From Perna viridis (taxonomy: Eukaryota), in NCBI GenBank assembly GCA_037379345.1, contig CM074511.1, forward strand, positions 4,092,001 to 4,156,000: 64,000 nt of DNA. The letters run 5' to 3'. Below are positions 53,801-64,000 of the stretch, one piece after another. The position numbers and the translations under genes were made by a program. Every line of letters starts with the position of its first letter. Within the stretch, counting starts at the first letter, position 1. The notes under the pieces are model-generated. The model worked only from the letters and a program-made list of their open reading frames with translations, did not search any database and was not told where the DNA came from.

Positions 53801-56800
53801 TTGCCATTTAGAAATATGTGGTTAATTAGATTTACATACCCAATTTTCTGTACTCTACAAAGTAGTGATAGCCTGCAACATCACCTTTGTTGATAAACCA
53901 TGAGACATTAAGAAAGGTTTTCCCTGGTATTGTTTCATGTACTCTAGGTTGGGTAGGCACTGAAAATAGAACAAACATGTAGAAACAATGTCATATCTAT
54001 GAAATTTACAAAATACTAGTCAATAATGTCTTCAAAAATCACTGGTGAAAAACATACCAACTTGAACTGTAATAAATTGAGATACAACTATATACTATAA
54101 ATCAAGTTATATCAGCATGTGTTTAGGCCTTTAGTGACAAGTAAATAACTACCCCCCACAAAATGGCAGGGCATAAAATCCTACTCCTACTTTAAAATGT
54201 GTAATACCAACCCCACAATATAGCAAGGCGTAAAATCCTAAGTATGCTACTTTAAAAGGTGTAATACCAACCCCACAATATGGCAGGGCATAAAATCCTA
54301 CTGCAACTTTAAAAGGTGTAATTTAAAACTCAACTAGATTCACTTTCTTATAACTGCATAGGTTGAATCCTGAATGATTTGGGGCAAGTAGGAACACAGA
54401 ATTTATTAGAATAAGGTAAGTTAAAAACAAATGATTAAATGTAATGTGGATTTTATACTATGATATTGTTCTGCCGAAGGAAAATGCAGTTAGCTTGATA
54501 ACCAATATAGGATTGTGCATACATAATTATCATCTAGAACACAGACTTTATAGTCAGAAAGGACTAAATCCCAAATAAAGCATTTAAAAAATAATTTGGA
54601 AAGATCGAAAACAAGTTGGAAGTGTACACTTTAGACTGCAATAAACTACTTCAAAAATACTTTCAGTTTCTTTAATCAGTGATTGTGTAGTTTTTATAAA
54701 AATATTTATACATTTTAATATGTTTATCAATACAGGCATAAAATTTCAATACGTAAAGTTACAAGATTTTGTGCCTTAAAAAAACTGTCAAAGAACTGAT
54801 AGACAAACAAAGTAGAACCCTTATAAACAAGTCAACTTAAAGTAAGATTTTGATACAAGAACAACTTGAGTTCCAAGACAGTTTAAACTGGTGAGGCATC
54901 AATGCATGCTACAGAATGAAACATTTCCTAAGACAACTACCCCTGTAATGTACTGAGAATAAGTCCATTTAACAGCCTTTCAAACTTACCACTTTCTAAA
55001 GCAGTTTTTACATCTATAAAGTCTTCTACTCCCAATCCAGTTTTAGTTTTACCACAGACAAACACTCGGTATCCAGTGTTAATTCTTAATCCTTCTATTC
55101 TAACTTCATTCTGGTTTTTATATATATTCCACTTTTGTTTGTTTTCATCAACTTTGTAACGCTGATTATCCACACCCATACCAACAACTGGAAAATATCC
55201 AAGTGTAATATAGACAATGACCCCTAATTTTATACTTAACAAGGTAAAAATAGTCCATGCACTAACACTTTGCACAAATTACATTAAAAAAAAGATAACA
55301 ACGGATAACGGAAGTTAATACTACTGTAAAATGTCACCTTGTAAATTACCCAATGTTTTCTTTAACAATGTAAGTAACTACCATAGTTTCTGGCAAACAA
55401 AATTGTAGACAAAAGTTCATACATGTTATTCATAATACTCAATAGGCAATTAGTTTTAAAATGTGTCATTCACTATCAAAAGTATCAATTGTCTAGATCT
55501 GAAACAAGAGGCTCCCAGGAGCCTGAATCACTCACCTTGTTGAATTTTGCCTTTCAAAGGCAATAAATTAAACAAGAAGTTGTCCAACAATTTTGATTCA
55601 AGAAGTCTTTGGTAGGACTTATCACAAGATCTTTTCAACAATTGAAAGTTTCTTTTATTCTATCATAATTTTCTAAGATATTGACTGAAAACTATTTAAA
55701 AAAAAAGTCATTTTTCCCCTTTCAAGGGCAATAACTCTTACAAGAGTCTGAAGACTTTTGTAGTCCTAATAATATGGATCATTTCAGCTACTGAAAGATT
55801 AACCTAACGGTTTTGGAGATATATGTGAAAAACTACAGTCTGACCCCTATGTTCTTTTTTTAGTAACGGCAGCCATGTTATTCAATGAATCAAAAATCCC
55901 CACACCAGTTCTATGCAGAATACCCCAAGGAACATTCATACCAAGTTTGGTTCAAATTAGTCAAGTAGTTTCAGAGGAGAAGAATTTTGTATAATTGTTA
56001 ACAAAAATGGACGACGACGATGACGGACGCCAATGATGGACGCCAATGATGGACGCCAAGTGATGGCAATAGCTCACATGGCCTTTGGCCAGGTGAGCTA
56101 AAAATCATGAGTAGTATGATTCTTTGCCTATATACTGTAAACATAGTAATTTTCGTGGTTGCTGTCAAGTTAACATATTCATGGGTATAAGTTTTCTTGG
56201 TTTCAAAAAATGATAAGTTATGAAGTGTAAAAAATACATTTCACAGGTACTTTTGCGTGCACTTTTCTGACCATAGCCAAAATAGCGAAAACTAGTACAC
56301 CGGGAAAATTAATACATTTACAGTAAAAGTTTTAGCAACACAGATATACTATTAGTGATACAACATGTTTTCTACAAGTTAGAGTATATAAACCCCTTGG
56401 AATGTTCAGAGTTGACAGACCAGTAGAATGGTAAAAACTGAATGAATGATAAAATGATAAAATCATTGCAATATGAAAAATGAAAAAGTGATGAATTGAA
56501 AGCTCAAAATTGGCAATAATTAGCAAAACCTATAGGCCTACAACCGAGACAATTGGTGTGGTACCTCATGTCTGGCCATCGGAATGAGCTGTGTGGGGAA
56601 TCTAACTCAATGGTAGCAAGATCACTATTTTTGTTCATTATAGGCTTGGCACATACAGGCAAAGTTCTCAGTATATTACTTATTCGTATCCATAAATGTT
56701 GCATGTAGTTATTCAATAAGATTCAGTTAATATAGCAAATCTGCATCTATAACCAGTCATTTAGGTGTTTTATAGTTAAGAACTGGAAAATTGTAAAAGT

Positions 56801-59800
56801 GTTTTCAATTCTTAACTATAAAACACCTAAATGACTGGTTATAGGCCAATAAGCACCTGAATTACTCACTTGACAGTAACTTGAATATCTTCGATTCTCC
56901 AATAGTTGTATTATCATGTGCCCAAACACAATATTTCAGTACATATATTGTAAAATGAAGAGACCATGTGTGATGGGTGAACATTGCATGGGACCTTTTA
57001 AAAATGCTTTAATTCTGTAATGTGGTGTGTGTTCATTGAATGAAAGAGCCGAATGTGGTTGAAGTCTAAGGTTGATAAAATGGAGTTTTCATGATTCATT
57101 TCTTTAACATTCAACACTGTGGTAGTTTAAAGTTATACCATATACATGTGATATAATGGTATGATGATGAATGATGGGATACTACAGCCGAACTTTCCAA
57201 GGGGTAGAGAAAGAAAGATAACTCTTTAGGCTGATGCATCAACTCTCAGTTTATACATGCTAATTTTCACCATTAGAGTTTCAGAATATAATAAATAATA
57301 GGAAAATTCAATGTTATATCTTATATTAAAAGCATTTATAGCAATTTTAAATCTCTAAACAAACAGTACTGCAAAATTTCATTTTATCAATTAAAGCTCA
57401 AAGTTTCTATGTGTCAAGGAAGATAAATGTATATACTTTGAAACTCTATTCAAATTGTCTGTTAGTAATTTGTATTAAATAAGCTTTTTTTCTTACTTGA
57501 AGTACCATGAACTGAAAATGAAAAACTTAAATACAGAAACCAGCCAATAAATGGAGAAAAAATACAACAATAATATGAGAAGACAAAGCAAATATTAAAG
57601 TATTGATGATGTTGATGATAATGATGATTAAATCTCTAATATACACTCTCTCTTATAGAGTAATACTAAGTACCTGGTGTAGTGTTAAAACAATTAAAGG
57701 TCAAAAAGTATGGTAGAAATAGTAATCTGATAATCCAGTTCAACAAAACACTCCACTCACTCTAAAGAGGGACTGACAGAGAACACCCCACTCACTCTAA
57801 AGATAATCTAGTTCATAAAACTGAAGACATTTAACCTCTGAACTATATCTGAGTACAATTTACAGGGTAGCCGTTAAAGCTGCATTAGCTGTCATTTTCG
57901 TAAAAGAAAGATTTTGTTGAAATATGCCTTAGTTATACTAAATTGCACTTTTCCTATATAATTTCATTCGATATCCACAAATAAAATGTGTTAAATACAT
58001 GAATTAGGTGTCTATATATTTATCGTCTTGCAAGACAAAAAATCAACCTAGATAAATTCGTATGCATGTGACTTCTGGTGACCTTAATCCATGCATGTGC
58101 TGTAAGGGTCACTTTTTTAAAAACAAATCTGACTGCAAAGCGAAAGTCGTTCGTTAATCAATGGCAAGGAAGACAGTCAGACTCAAGCCGTAAAAGAAAA
58201 AAGTTTGAATATAATGCAAGGATCCTTTTGAAATTTACGTATTGTGATATAATGTGGCACAAATATGGCCAGTAACTGTCATTATTTATTTGAAAACTAA
58301 TCAAGAATTAGATGAAATGTAAACAAGACACATGCTTACCTGTGTATCCATTATTGTTATTTTTTTACTAAGGTTAAAGTATTTTTAACCCAGGTTAATG
58401 TCCTGTCGGCAATCTTCTGAAGTAATGGTGAAAAATAATTAGATCTGAGCTATCAATCTTCTTTGATTGAAAAAAACGTGTTTACAATATTCTGTAGGTA
58501 TTATCGACATTTATTGCTTCAATTCATTACTACAAACTTATTTCATTTTATCAGCAAAATTCAGTAGAATCAAAACTGATCAAATTTGGCAGCTAATGCA
58601 GCTTTAAGAATACTGTGACAAAAATAGTCAAACATGCTATTTTAACACAATCTATGTCTCTTCAAACATGACATAGGTGTTCAGCAATGCTCTTAGTATG
58701 ATTTCATAGCTGTATATTTATAAGCAATCTATCAAGTAGAAGCCCTAAGAAAATATTAACAAACTTTTTATGTTCAGCATGCTAATTTTCAAACATGAAG
58801 TTACAGTTCTTCAAAACTAAAAACATGAGACATTGTACAACTCATCCTGTCAAAGATAATTACCACATGCAAAAACCTTCCATTGAGAAAAATATCATCT
58901 TCAACGAGCAATTGTAGACCGAACTGACAAGAGATTGCAGTATATCCTCCCTCTTATAAGTTGGGGACAAGAGATTGCAGCATATCCTCCCTCTTATAAG
59001 TTGGGGACAAGAGATTGCAGTATATCTTCCCTCTTATAAGTTGGGGACAAGAGATTGCAGTATATCTTCCCTCTTATAAGTTGGGGACAAGAGATTTCAG
59101 TTTATTCTGCTTATAATGAGTTGGGGACAAGAAATTTCAATATATCCTTCTTATAATGAGTTGGGGACAACAGATTTCGGTATATCCTACTTGTAATGAG
59201 TTGGGGACGAGAGATTTCAGTACATCTTCTCTCTTATGAGTTGGAGACAAGAAATTTCAGTATATGCTACTTGTAATGAGTTGGGGACAAAAGATTTCAG
59301 AATATGCTACTTGTAATGAGTTGAGGACAAGAGATTTCAGTATATCCTACTTTTAATGAGATGGAGACAAGAGGTTGCAGTATATCCTCCCTCTTATGAC
59401 TTTAGGACAAGATATTTCAGTAAATCCTCCCTCTTATGAGTTGGGGACAAGAGATTTCAATATATCTTCCCTCTTATGAGTTGGAGACAAGAGATTTCAA
59501 TATATCTTCCCTCTTATGAGTTGGAGACAAGAGATTTCAATATATCTTCCCTCTTATGAGTTGGGGTTTATCACCATTAATGCTACTATTTCTATAAGTA
59601 TGATGACTAATTGCAGATTAAATTATCAAGTGTAGTTTACTTACTTTCTTCATACTCCACATCATATCCTATTATTTCACCATTAGTTATAAGGGGCTCC
59701 TGCCATTTGACTATGATAAAGTTGCCAGCTCTATAAATAGACTCTAAACCTTCAACTTTACCAGGAACTAAAATTGAAAGAAACAATAGTATGAATGTTT

Positions 59801-62800
59801 TTTTTATTTTCTGTCTGTCCATATAGCACAAAACCCCAATTTATATTAGTACAGCAAGTAAAGCAACATGCTAAAATAAAAACTGAAGTCTTCAATGTCG
59901 CTAATCGTCAAATATTCTATGCCACTGATTTTGGCTTGCTCTTCAACATCATGGCAAATTCATTGCTCTACTAAATTTAGCTCCCAATCAATCAGTGATT
60001 TTCTCATTTTCACCATAAACCCTGGTGTAGATTATCAGAATTAGAAAATAATCACAAATTTTAGTGAGCAGAAAACTTGAAAATTTTAGACTGGTTAATA
60101 ATATATATTCAAACAAAAATGAAACCCATTATTCACGCCTTGCCTCTCCATAATTCTTCTGCTATTTGAGTGGTTTTGATTACATTATTTATTGTTCATT
60201 GAACTTCCTCAAAATAATTAGTATTAAATACCTAAAAATCTATTAGGTATCCTTATCATAATTTATTGTTTGCATCAATCCTACACTAATCTAGTGTCGG
60301 CGGTAATTTATGACCGCTACTATTTAGATCATTCACATCAATTAATTCAATGCGCATATAGGCCCGCCATCATCAGGGATTGTCCTACATGTTATGAAAA
60401 CAAGTCATTCTTTTCCACTTCACATCTTTTGATATAGCATACATTTGTAAATTAATAGCAAAGTAAGTGTATTCCTTTTTAAAAAATATACACTTGATAT
60501 TTTAGTTTTAAAAGCTCATTCGAGCTTGTGTTGTAATGTTTTATATGTACAGACATCACTTCTGACCTTTGAACTTTATTGTATAATGCAACAGTTTGTC
60601 AATCTGCTAAGATCGGCAAACTTAAAGTGAAGTTGTGATGTGCTCAATTTAAAATTGGGTGACTTCGTAACCATGATGACCCAAATGTTTCTCAATCAAA
60701 ACAACTTGAAGACTAGACATTTCTCAGCTATATTACAGAAAGTTCAATGCTAACCAATCATTTCATTGCTTCCCGCTCTCATACAAGTGAAAAACACATG
60801 CAGAACACATGTACATGTATGGTATTTAAGAGGTACATTTTGATCTTGTATGAAGCTAGAATTGATGGTTGATACAACACTGATAAGCAGCATAAGGTGG
60901 TGTAGTAATATATAATTATGCAGATCATGTATGAATGTACAGTACTGAAATAACGAGTGAAAAAAGTCCTTAATAATATTAGCAACTTAAAAAGGGGGAT
61001 GTCAGCATGCAAGCTGTAATTTCTAGGGTGAATTTTAGGTATGGCATAATTTATCTATGAAGGAAAATTATTGAAACAGAGGCTTCCATACCTGCTATAC
61101 CACCCACCAAACCCCATAATTAAATAATATTTTATCATTTCCCAATAAAATTTCATAAAAATTACTTTTTTTTTCAAGAGTTGACCATTTTCTGTTTCTT
61201 GCCATGAGTAATCTAAGCATCTCAAACATTCAATTCTGACCATATCAATATTAGATCATTTTTAAATAAATGTAAAATGAAGAGACTTTGAGCAAGAATA
61301 ATAGGATAATTAATTAGAAAGAGTGAATAACCAAAATATTATAATGAGTGCCGAAGAACGCCTAGACTTCACAAGTGTGTGGAACTTGTTCCACGCACAA
61401 GTTAGATCCTCAAGCGTTCTCAGCATGAGTGACCATATTTTGGTTATTCATGATAACTAGTTGATTATCCTATTTATTATATAGATTTTCTTCATATTTT
61501 ATCAATATTTTCAATATGTATTTGAAATTCTATGATTGGTGGATTGATATCAATATTGTGACAATTTGGCGGGAGAAAGCACGAGAGTGAAATTACAGAA
61601 TTTATTTCACAGTGTGAATTATCGAAATTTATTACACTGGGAGCATTTGAGAAACACTATATAATAATCAACATTTATAATTGCCCTTCCTACAAAAAAT
61701 AAGAATTTAAAACTGTGATTGAAACGAAAAAGAATATTTTTATTAGTCATATAACTTTGTAACTGTTACCATCAATTACATTACTATCCTCAATCCTTTA
61801 GAACTGACATCAATAATATTACTGTACTCAATAATTTAGAACTGACATCAGGCTTACCTCCCTCAGGAGTGGGGACATCAATAATATTACTGTCCTCAAT
61901 CATTTAGAACTGACATCAATCTTACATCCCACAGGAGTGGTGATATTAACTATTATATTGTCCCAACTCATTAAGATATGTCTCCAAACTTACCTCCCTC
62001 AGGAGTGGTGACATCAATAATGTAACTGTCCTCAATCATTTAGAACTGACATAAGACCAATACTTACCCCCCCCCCCTTCTACTTTATTGTCACCACTCT
62101 TTTTGACACGACATCAGACTTATCTTCCTCAGGAGTGGTGACATCGATACTATTACTGCCCTCAATCATTTAGACATGACATCAGACTTACCTCCCTCAG
62201 GAATGGGGACATCAGTAATATTACTGTCCTCAATCATTTAAAACTGACATCAAATGTATCTCCCTCGGATGTGGGGACACCAATAATTTTACTGTCCTCA
62301 ATCATTTAGAACTGCTAATCAGATTTACCTCCCTCTGGAGTGGGGACATCAATAATATTACTGTCCTCAATCATTTAGAACTGACATCAAACTTACCTCC
62401 CTCAGGAGTGGGGACATCAATAATATTACTGTCATTAATCATTTAGAACTGACATCAATCTTACATCCGTCAGGAGTGGTGATATTAACTACTTTATTGT
62501 CTCAACTCATTAAGATATGTCATCAAACTTACCTCCCTCAGGAGTGGTGACATTTATCACATTACTGCCTTCAGAGTCATAGTATGTATTTCTAGCTACA
62601 ACATCTAACTCTAGATTTGAGAAGGGTGGTAGGCGAACTGTAGCTCTCACTTTGTCATCTCCTGCCTGACGTCTTCTTCGTCTATTGCTGTTGTCTGCTG
62701 GAACTTCAATTTCTTTTATTTTTTCTGGTAGATTTACCTTCCAATATCTTATCTGAGAAAAATTGATAAATATTTATTTTCAACTGATTTTTCATATTTG

Positions 62801-63841
62801 TTTATCTATTTGAAAGAAAATGTTTAGCATACCACTAGCACTGAAACACTAAATGCCATGATTCTAATTTCATCAAAATATTATATCTCTACATGCGTTA
62901 GATTTTTTTTTATTTCATAATGGATCTTAAATCTATGAATATAGAATCTGCAACAATAAAGAGTAGATTATGAAATTTCTCACATAAAAAATTTCATCAA
63001 GTTGTAGATTCTGTTTCTCTTAATTTTTCCAAACTAATGCTTTATTTTATGTCACGGTGGAAATTCATTTTGACCAATTAGCGTCTTGAGAACTCGCATC
63101 TCTCTAGACATGCAGAATATTTTTTCCACACCGTTTAGGAGGAGAGAAGATTAGATTATTTACTATTTTTTCAATGAGATGATCATAAGAAACTCCCACG
63201 AGTTGAAAAAATATCCAATAATCTGTTTATCGCTGTTTTGCTGAATTGTAAGATATTAGTTTTCTTTTATTTTCAGTTTCCATGACCTAAATATTTAAGT
63301 CTTATAAGCGCTGCAAAATTTCCTTTCGGGACCATTTTTCAGCGACGTGCTACGTGACATCACATGATGTTTAAAAATCGGTTAAATATTAGTCGCGTTT
63401 AAAATTTGTGGAATAATTTGGGATTCATGCATTCTAATCGGGTAAGTTACTGTATTTAATCATTTTCCATTGTAGACTAGAACATATTGCCACAAATTAG
63501 TCATTATTTCATATGCAGTAAACAAACAGACAGTTATTTGGGTCGTCAAATATTCTTATGCTGTTGCTTGTATGTCACGTGGGGACATAGAAACTAGTGA
63601 TAATTTTCATTCTCACTCGACTGGCGTGAGATTGAAAATTATCGTATAGCAAGATCAAAAGGGAGTTTAAACAAAATAGCAATAAAATCAGAAATATGAT
63701 AAAGACTTACTTTGTAGCCATTAAACTTGCCCTGCATGGAAGAATCAGAAGTATCTACAGGATCCCACATTAATCCTATTGTCTCATGAGAAAATGGTGC
63801 TGAGGGATCAACAGAAAAATTACCAGGAACCACTAAAGGCT
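43536..63841 (-). CDS. Nrg: Gene B: canonical neuroglian/L1CAM (NrCAM-like), 3' part only (FN3-3 to FN3-5, TM, FIGQY tail); 5' part lies beyond the window
   Basis: Nine phase-consistent exons; KRNRGDKYHVQEKE juxtamembrane and DSLEEY..FNEDGSFIGQY signatures. Confidence 0.94.
44162..44298. repeat. 45-bp tandem repeat x3
   Basis: tgcttgatagaatga...ggtagtt..tttccagcagatc units. Confidence 0.85.
44377..44490. mobile_element. Short MITE
   Basis: Imperfect 21-bp TIRs cagggcatcatttcataacgc / gctttgtgaaatggtgccctg. Confidence 0.6.
46296..46322 (-). CDS. Gene B candidate 27-nt microexon (K)MATWDFDE(L)
   Basis: Acceptor tttttccctctaccattaag, consensus donor gtgagt, phase 2-2, no stop. Confidence 0.55.
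47780..47821. repeat. (GAT)n microsatellite
   Basis: Visible run. Confidence 0.9.
47855..47930 (-). CDS. Nrg: Gene B cytoplasmic exon (V)QEKEKLRGLENDEKKTAQYNGFND
   Basis: AG/GT, phase 1->2. Confidence 0.9.
47968..48504. mobile_element. MITE-like element carrying a ~33-bp minisatellite (~47990-48390)
   Basis: Units gtaacctgtgtaaacaagaccctggataaacca; degenerate TACAG.../...CACTGT termini. Confidence 0.6.
50278..50374. repeat. 23-bp inverted repeat (mini-MITE-like)
   Basis: gagatccagcattaaccaaaaaa / ttttttggttaacgctggatctc. Confidence 0.7.
51041..51163 (-). CDS. Nrg: Gene B transmembrane exon
   Basis: TWFIIMMVVLALLLLILIIVCLVKRNRGDKYH. Confidence 0.96.
51716..51877 (-). CDS. Nrg: Gene B FN3-5 C-half
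   Basis: ISNLSEAKTYEVRVVAVSG. Confidence 0.92.
52046..53026 (+). mobile_element. HINE/pearl-like element with about three internal tandem units, 5'-truncated
   Basis: 3' end (GAC)n..gacgccaagtgatggc..agctcacatggcctttggccaggtgagctaaaa. Confidence 0.7.
53148..53677. mobile_element. MITE
   Basis: Imperfect TIRs ggtaaggaccaattctggcc / ggaccaaaatagggccttacc. Confidence 0.55.
53840..53959 (-). CDS. Nrg: Gene B FN3-5 N-half
   Basis: PGKTFLNVSW...HYFVEYRKL. Confidence 0.92.
54150..54322. repeat. ~60-bp tandem repeat x3
   Basis: ccccacaa.atggcagggcataaaatccta..ctttaaaa.gtgtaat units. Confidence 0.8.
54990..55187 (-). CDS. Nrg: Gene B FN3-4 C-half
   Basis: IEGLRINTGYRVFVCGKTKTGLG. Confidence 0.92.
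55503..56104 (+). mobile_element. Apparently full-length non-autonomous Helentron/HINE (pearl-like) element
   Basis: 5' ACAAGAGG..CTCACC, 3' hairpin AGCTCAC..GTGAGCT followed by an A-run; microsatellite before the 3' end; four related copies in the window. Confidence 0.7.
56747..56844. repeat. Perfect 36-bp inverted repeat (98-nt hairpin)
   Basis: Arms 56747-56782 and 56809-56844 are exact reverse complements. Confidence 0.9.
57878..58603. mobile_element. Kolobok-type non-autonomous DNA transposon
   Basis: TTAA on both flanks (57874-57877, 58604-58607); TIRs AGCTGCATTAGCTG / CAGCTAATGCAGCT. Confidence 0.75.
58926..59566. repeat. ~40-41-bp minisatellite, ~16 copies
   Basis: gacaagagattgcagtatatcctccctcttataagttggg units. 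Confidence 0.9.
59645..59767 (-). CDS. Nrg: Gene B FN3-4 N-half
   Basis: VPGKVEGL...VKWQEPLITNGEIIGYDVEY. Confidence 0.93.
61330..61655. mobile_element. Interspersed repeat, copy 2 (see 16434-16715)
   Basis: Sequence similarity within the window. Confidence 0.6.
61771..62572. repeat. 68-bp tandem array derived from an exon 3' end plus splice donor
   Basis: cttac-like donor positions at 61853, 61921, 61989, 62063, 62119, 62187, 62255, 62324, 62392, 62460, 62528. Confidence 0.9.
62533..62752 (-). CDS. Nrg: Gene B FN3-3 C-half with RRRRR site
   Basis: IRYW...SNRRRRRQ...LPPFSNLELDVVARNTYY...VTTPEG. Confidence 0.94.
63711..63841 (-). CDS. Nrg: Gene B FN3-3 N-half
   Basis: PLVVPGNF...LMWDPVD...MQGKFNGYK; donor gtaagt. 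Confidence 0.93.
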
Positions 63842-64000
63842 CTGAAAAACAACATTACATACAAAAGCTTCTCTATCAGGATTTTTGTAGAATATGCATA
63901 GAATTCCAATTCATTGATAAAAACAATTTTTCTATACCTATGGTTCTAGGATATGTAATACAACATATTTAAAAGTTTTGATAAAACATTTTGCAGACAA

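Noticed and set aside
56870-57040. Vaguely FN3-like peptide (KYCVWAHDNTTIGES) before a GTGAGT donor
   Set aside because: No acceptor or phase fit and interrupted by stops; cannot support a duplicated exon without an HMM search
58926-59566. CRISPR-like repeat
   Set aside because: Contiguous tandem units without spacers
61771-62572. CRISPR array or Dscam-like mutually exclusive exon cluster
   Set aside because: Eukaryotic context with no unique spacers or cas genes; the units are exon ends only, carry in-frame stops, and are separated by 16-nt GT-AG gaps too short to be introns

Overview
AT-rich animal genomic DNA. The repeat families look like those of a bivalve mollusc, possibly Mytilus (inference). 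The window is dominated by two head-to-tail L1CAM/neuroglian-family genes on the minus strand. Gene A is complete (CDS 32927->8316): 22 phase-consistent coding exons, ~1398 aa, with signal peptide, 6 Ig, 5 FN3 and a TM helix. Its cytoplasmic tail is atypical: the ankyrin-binding FIGQY motif is degenerate and an Asp/Tyr/Arg-rich low-complexity tract has been gained. Gene B enters from the right edge and shows only its 3' half (63841->43536: FN3-3 to FN3-5, TM, canonical KRxxGxKY..EKE and FNEDGSFIGQY tail). Each paralogue has a frame-preserving candidate microexon in its last intron. Three splice junctions have been tandemly amplified, most strikingly a 68-bp array of exon end plus GTAAGT donor in gene B. 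A death-domain terminal exon lies on the plus strand at the left. The remainder is a 5'-truncated LINE RT relic, Penelope-like fragments, Helentron/HINE-like elements, MITEs, hairpins and minisatellites. All exon calls are manual (GT-AG, frame and domain continuity), with no transcript evidence.
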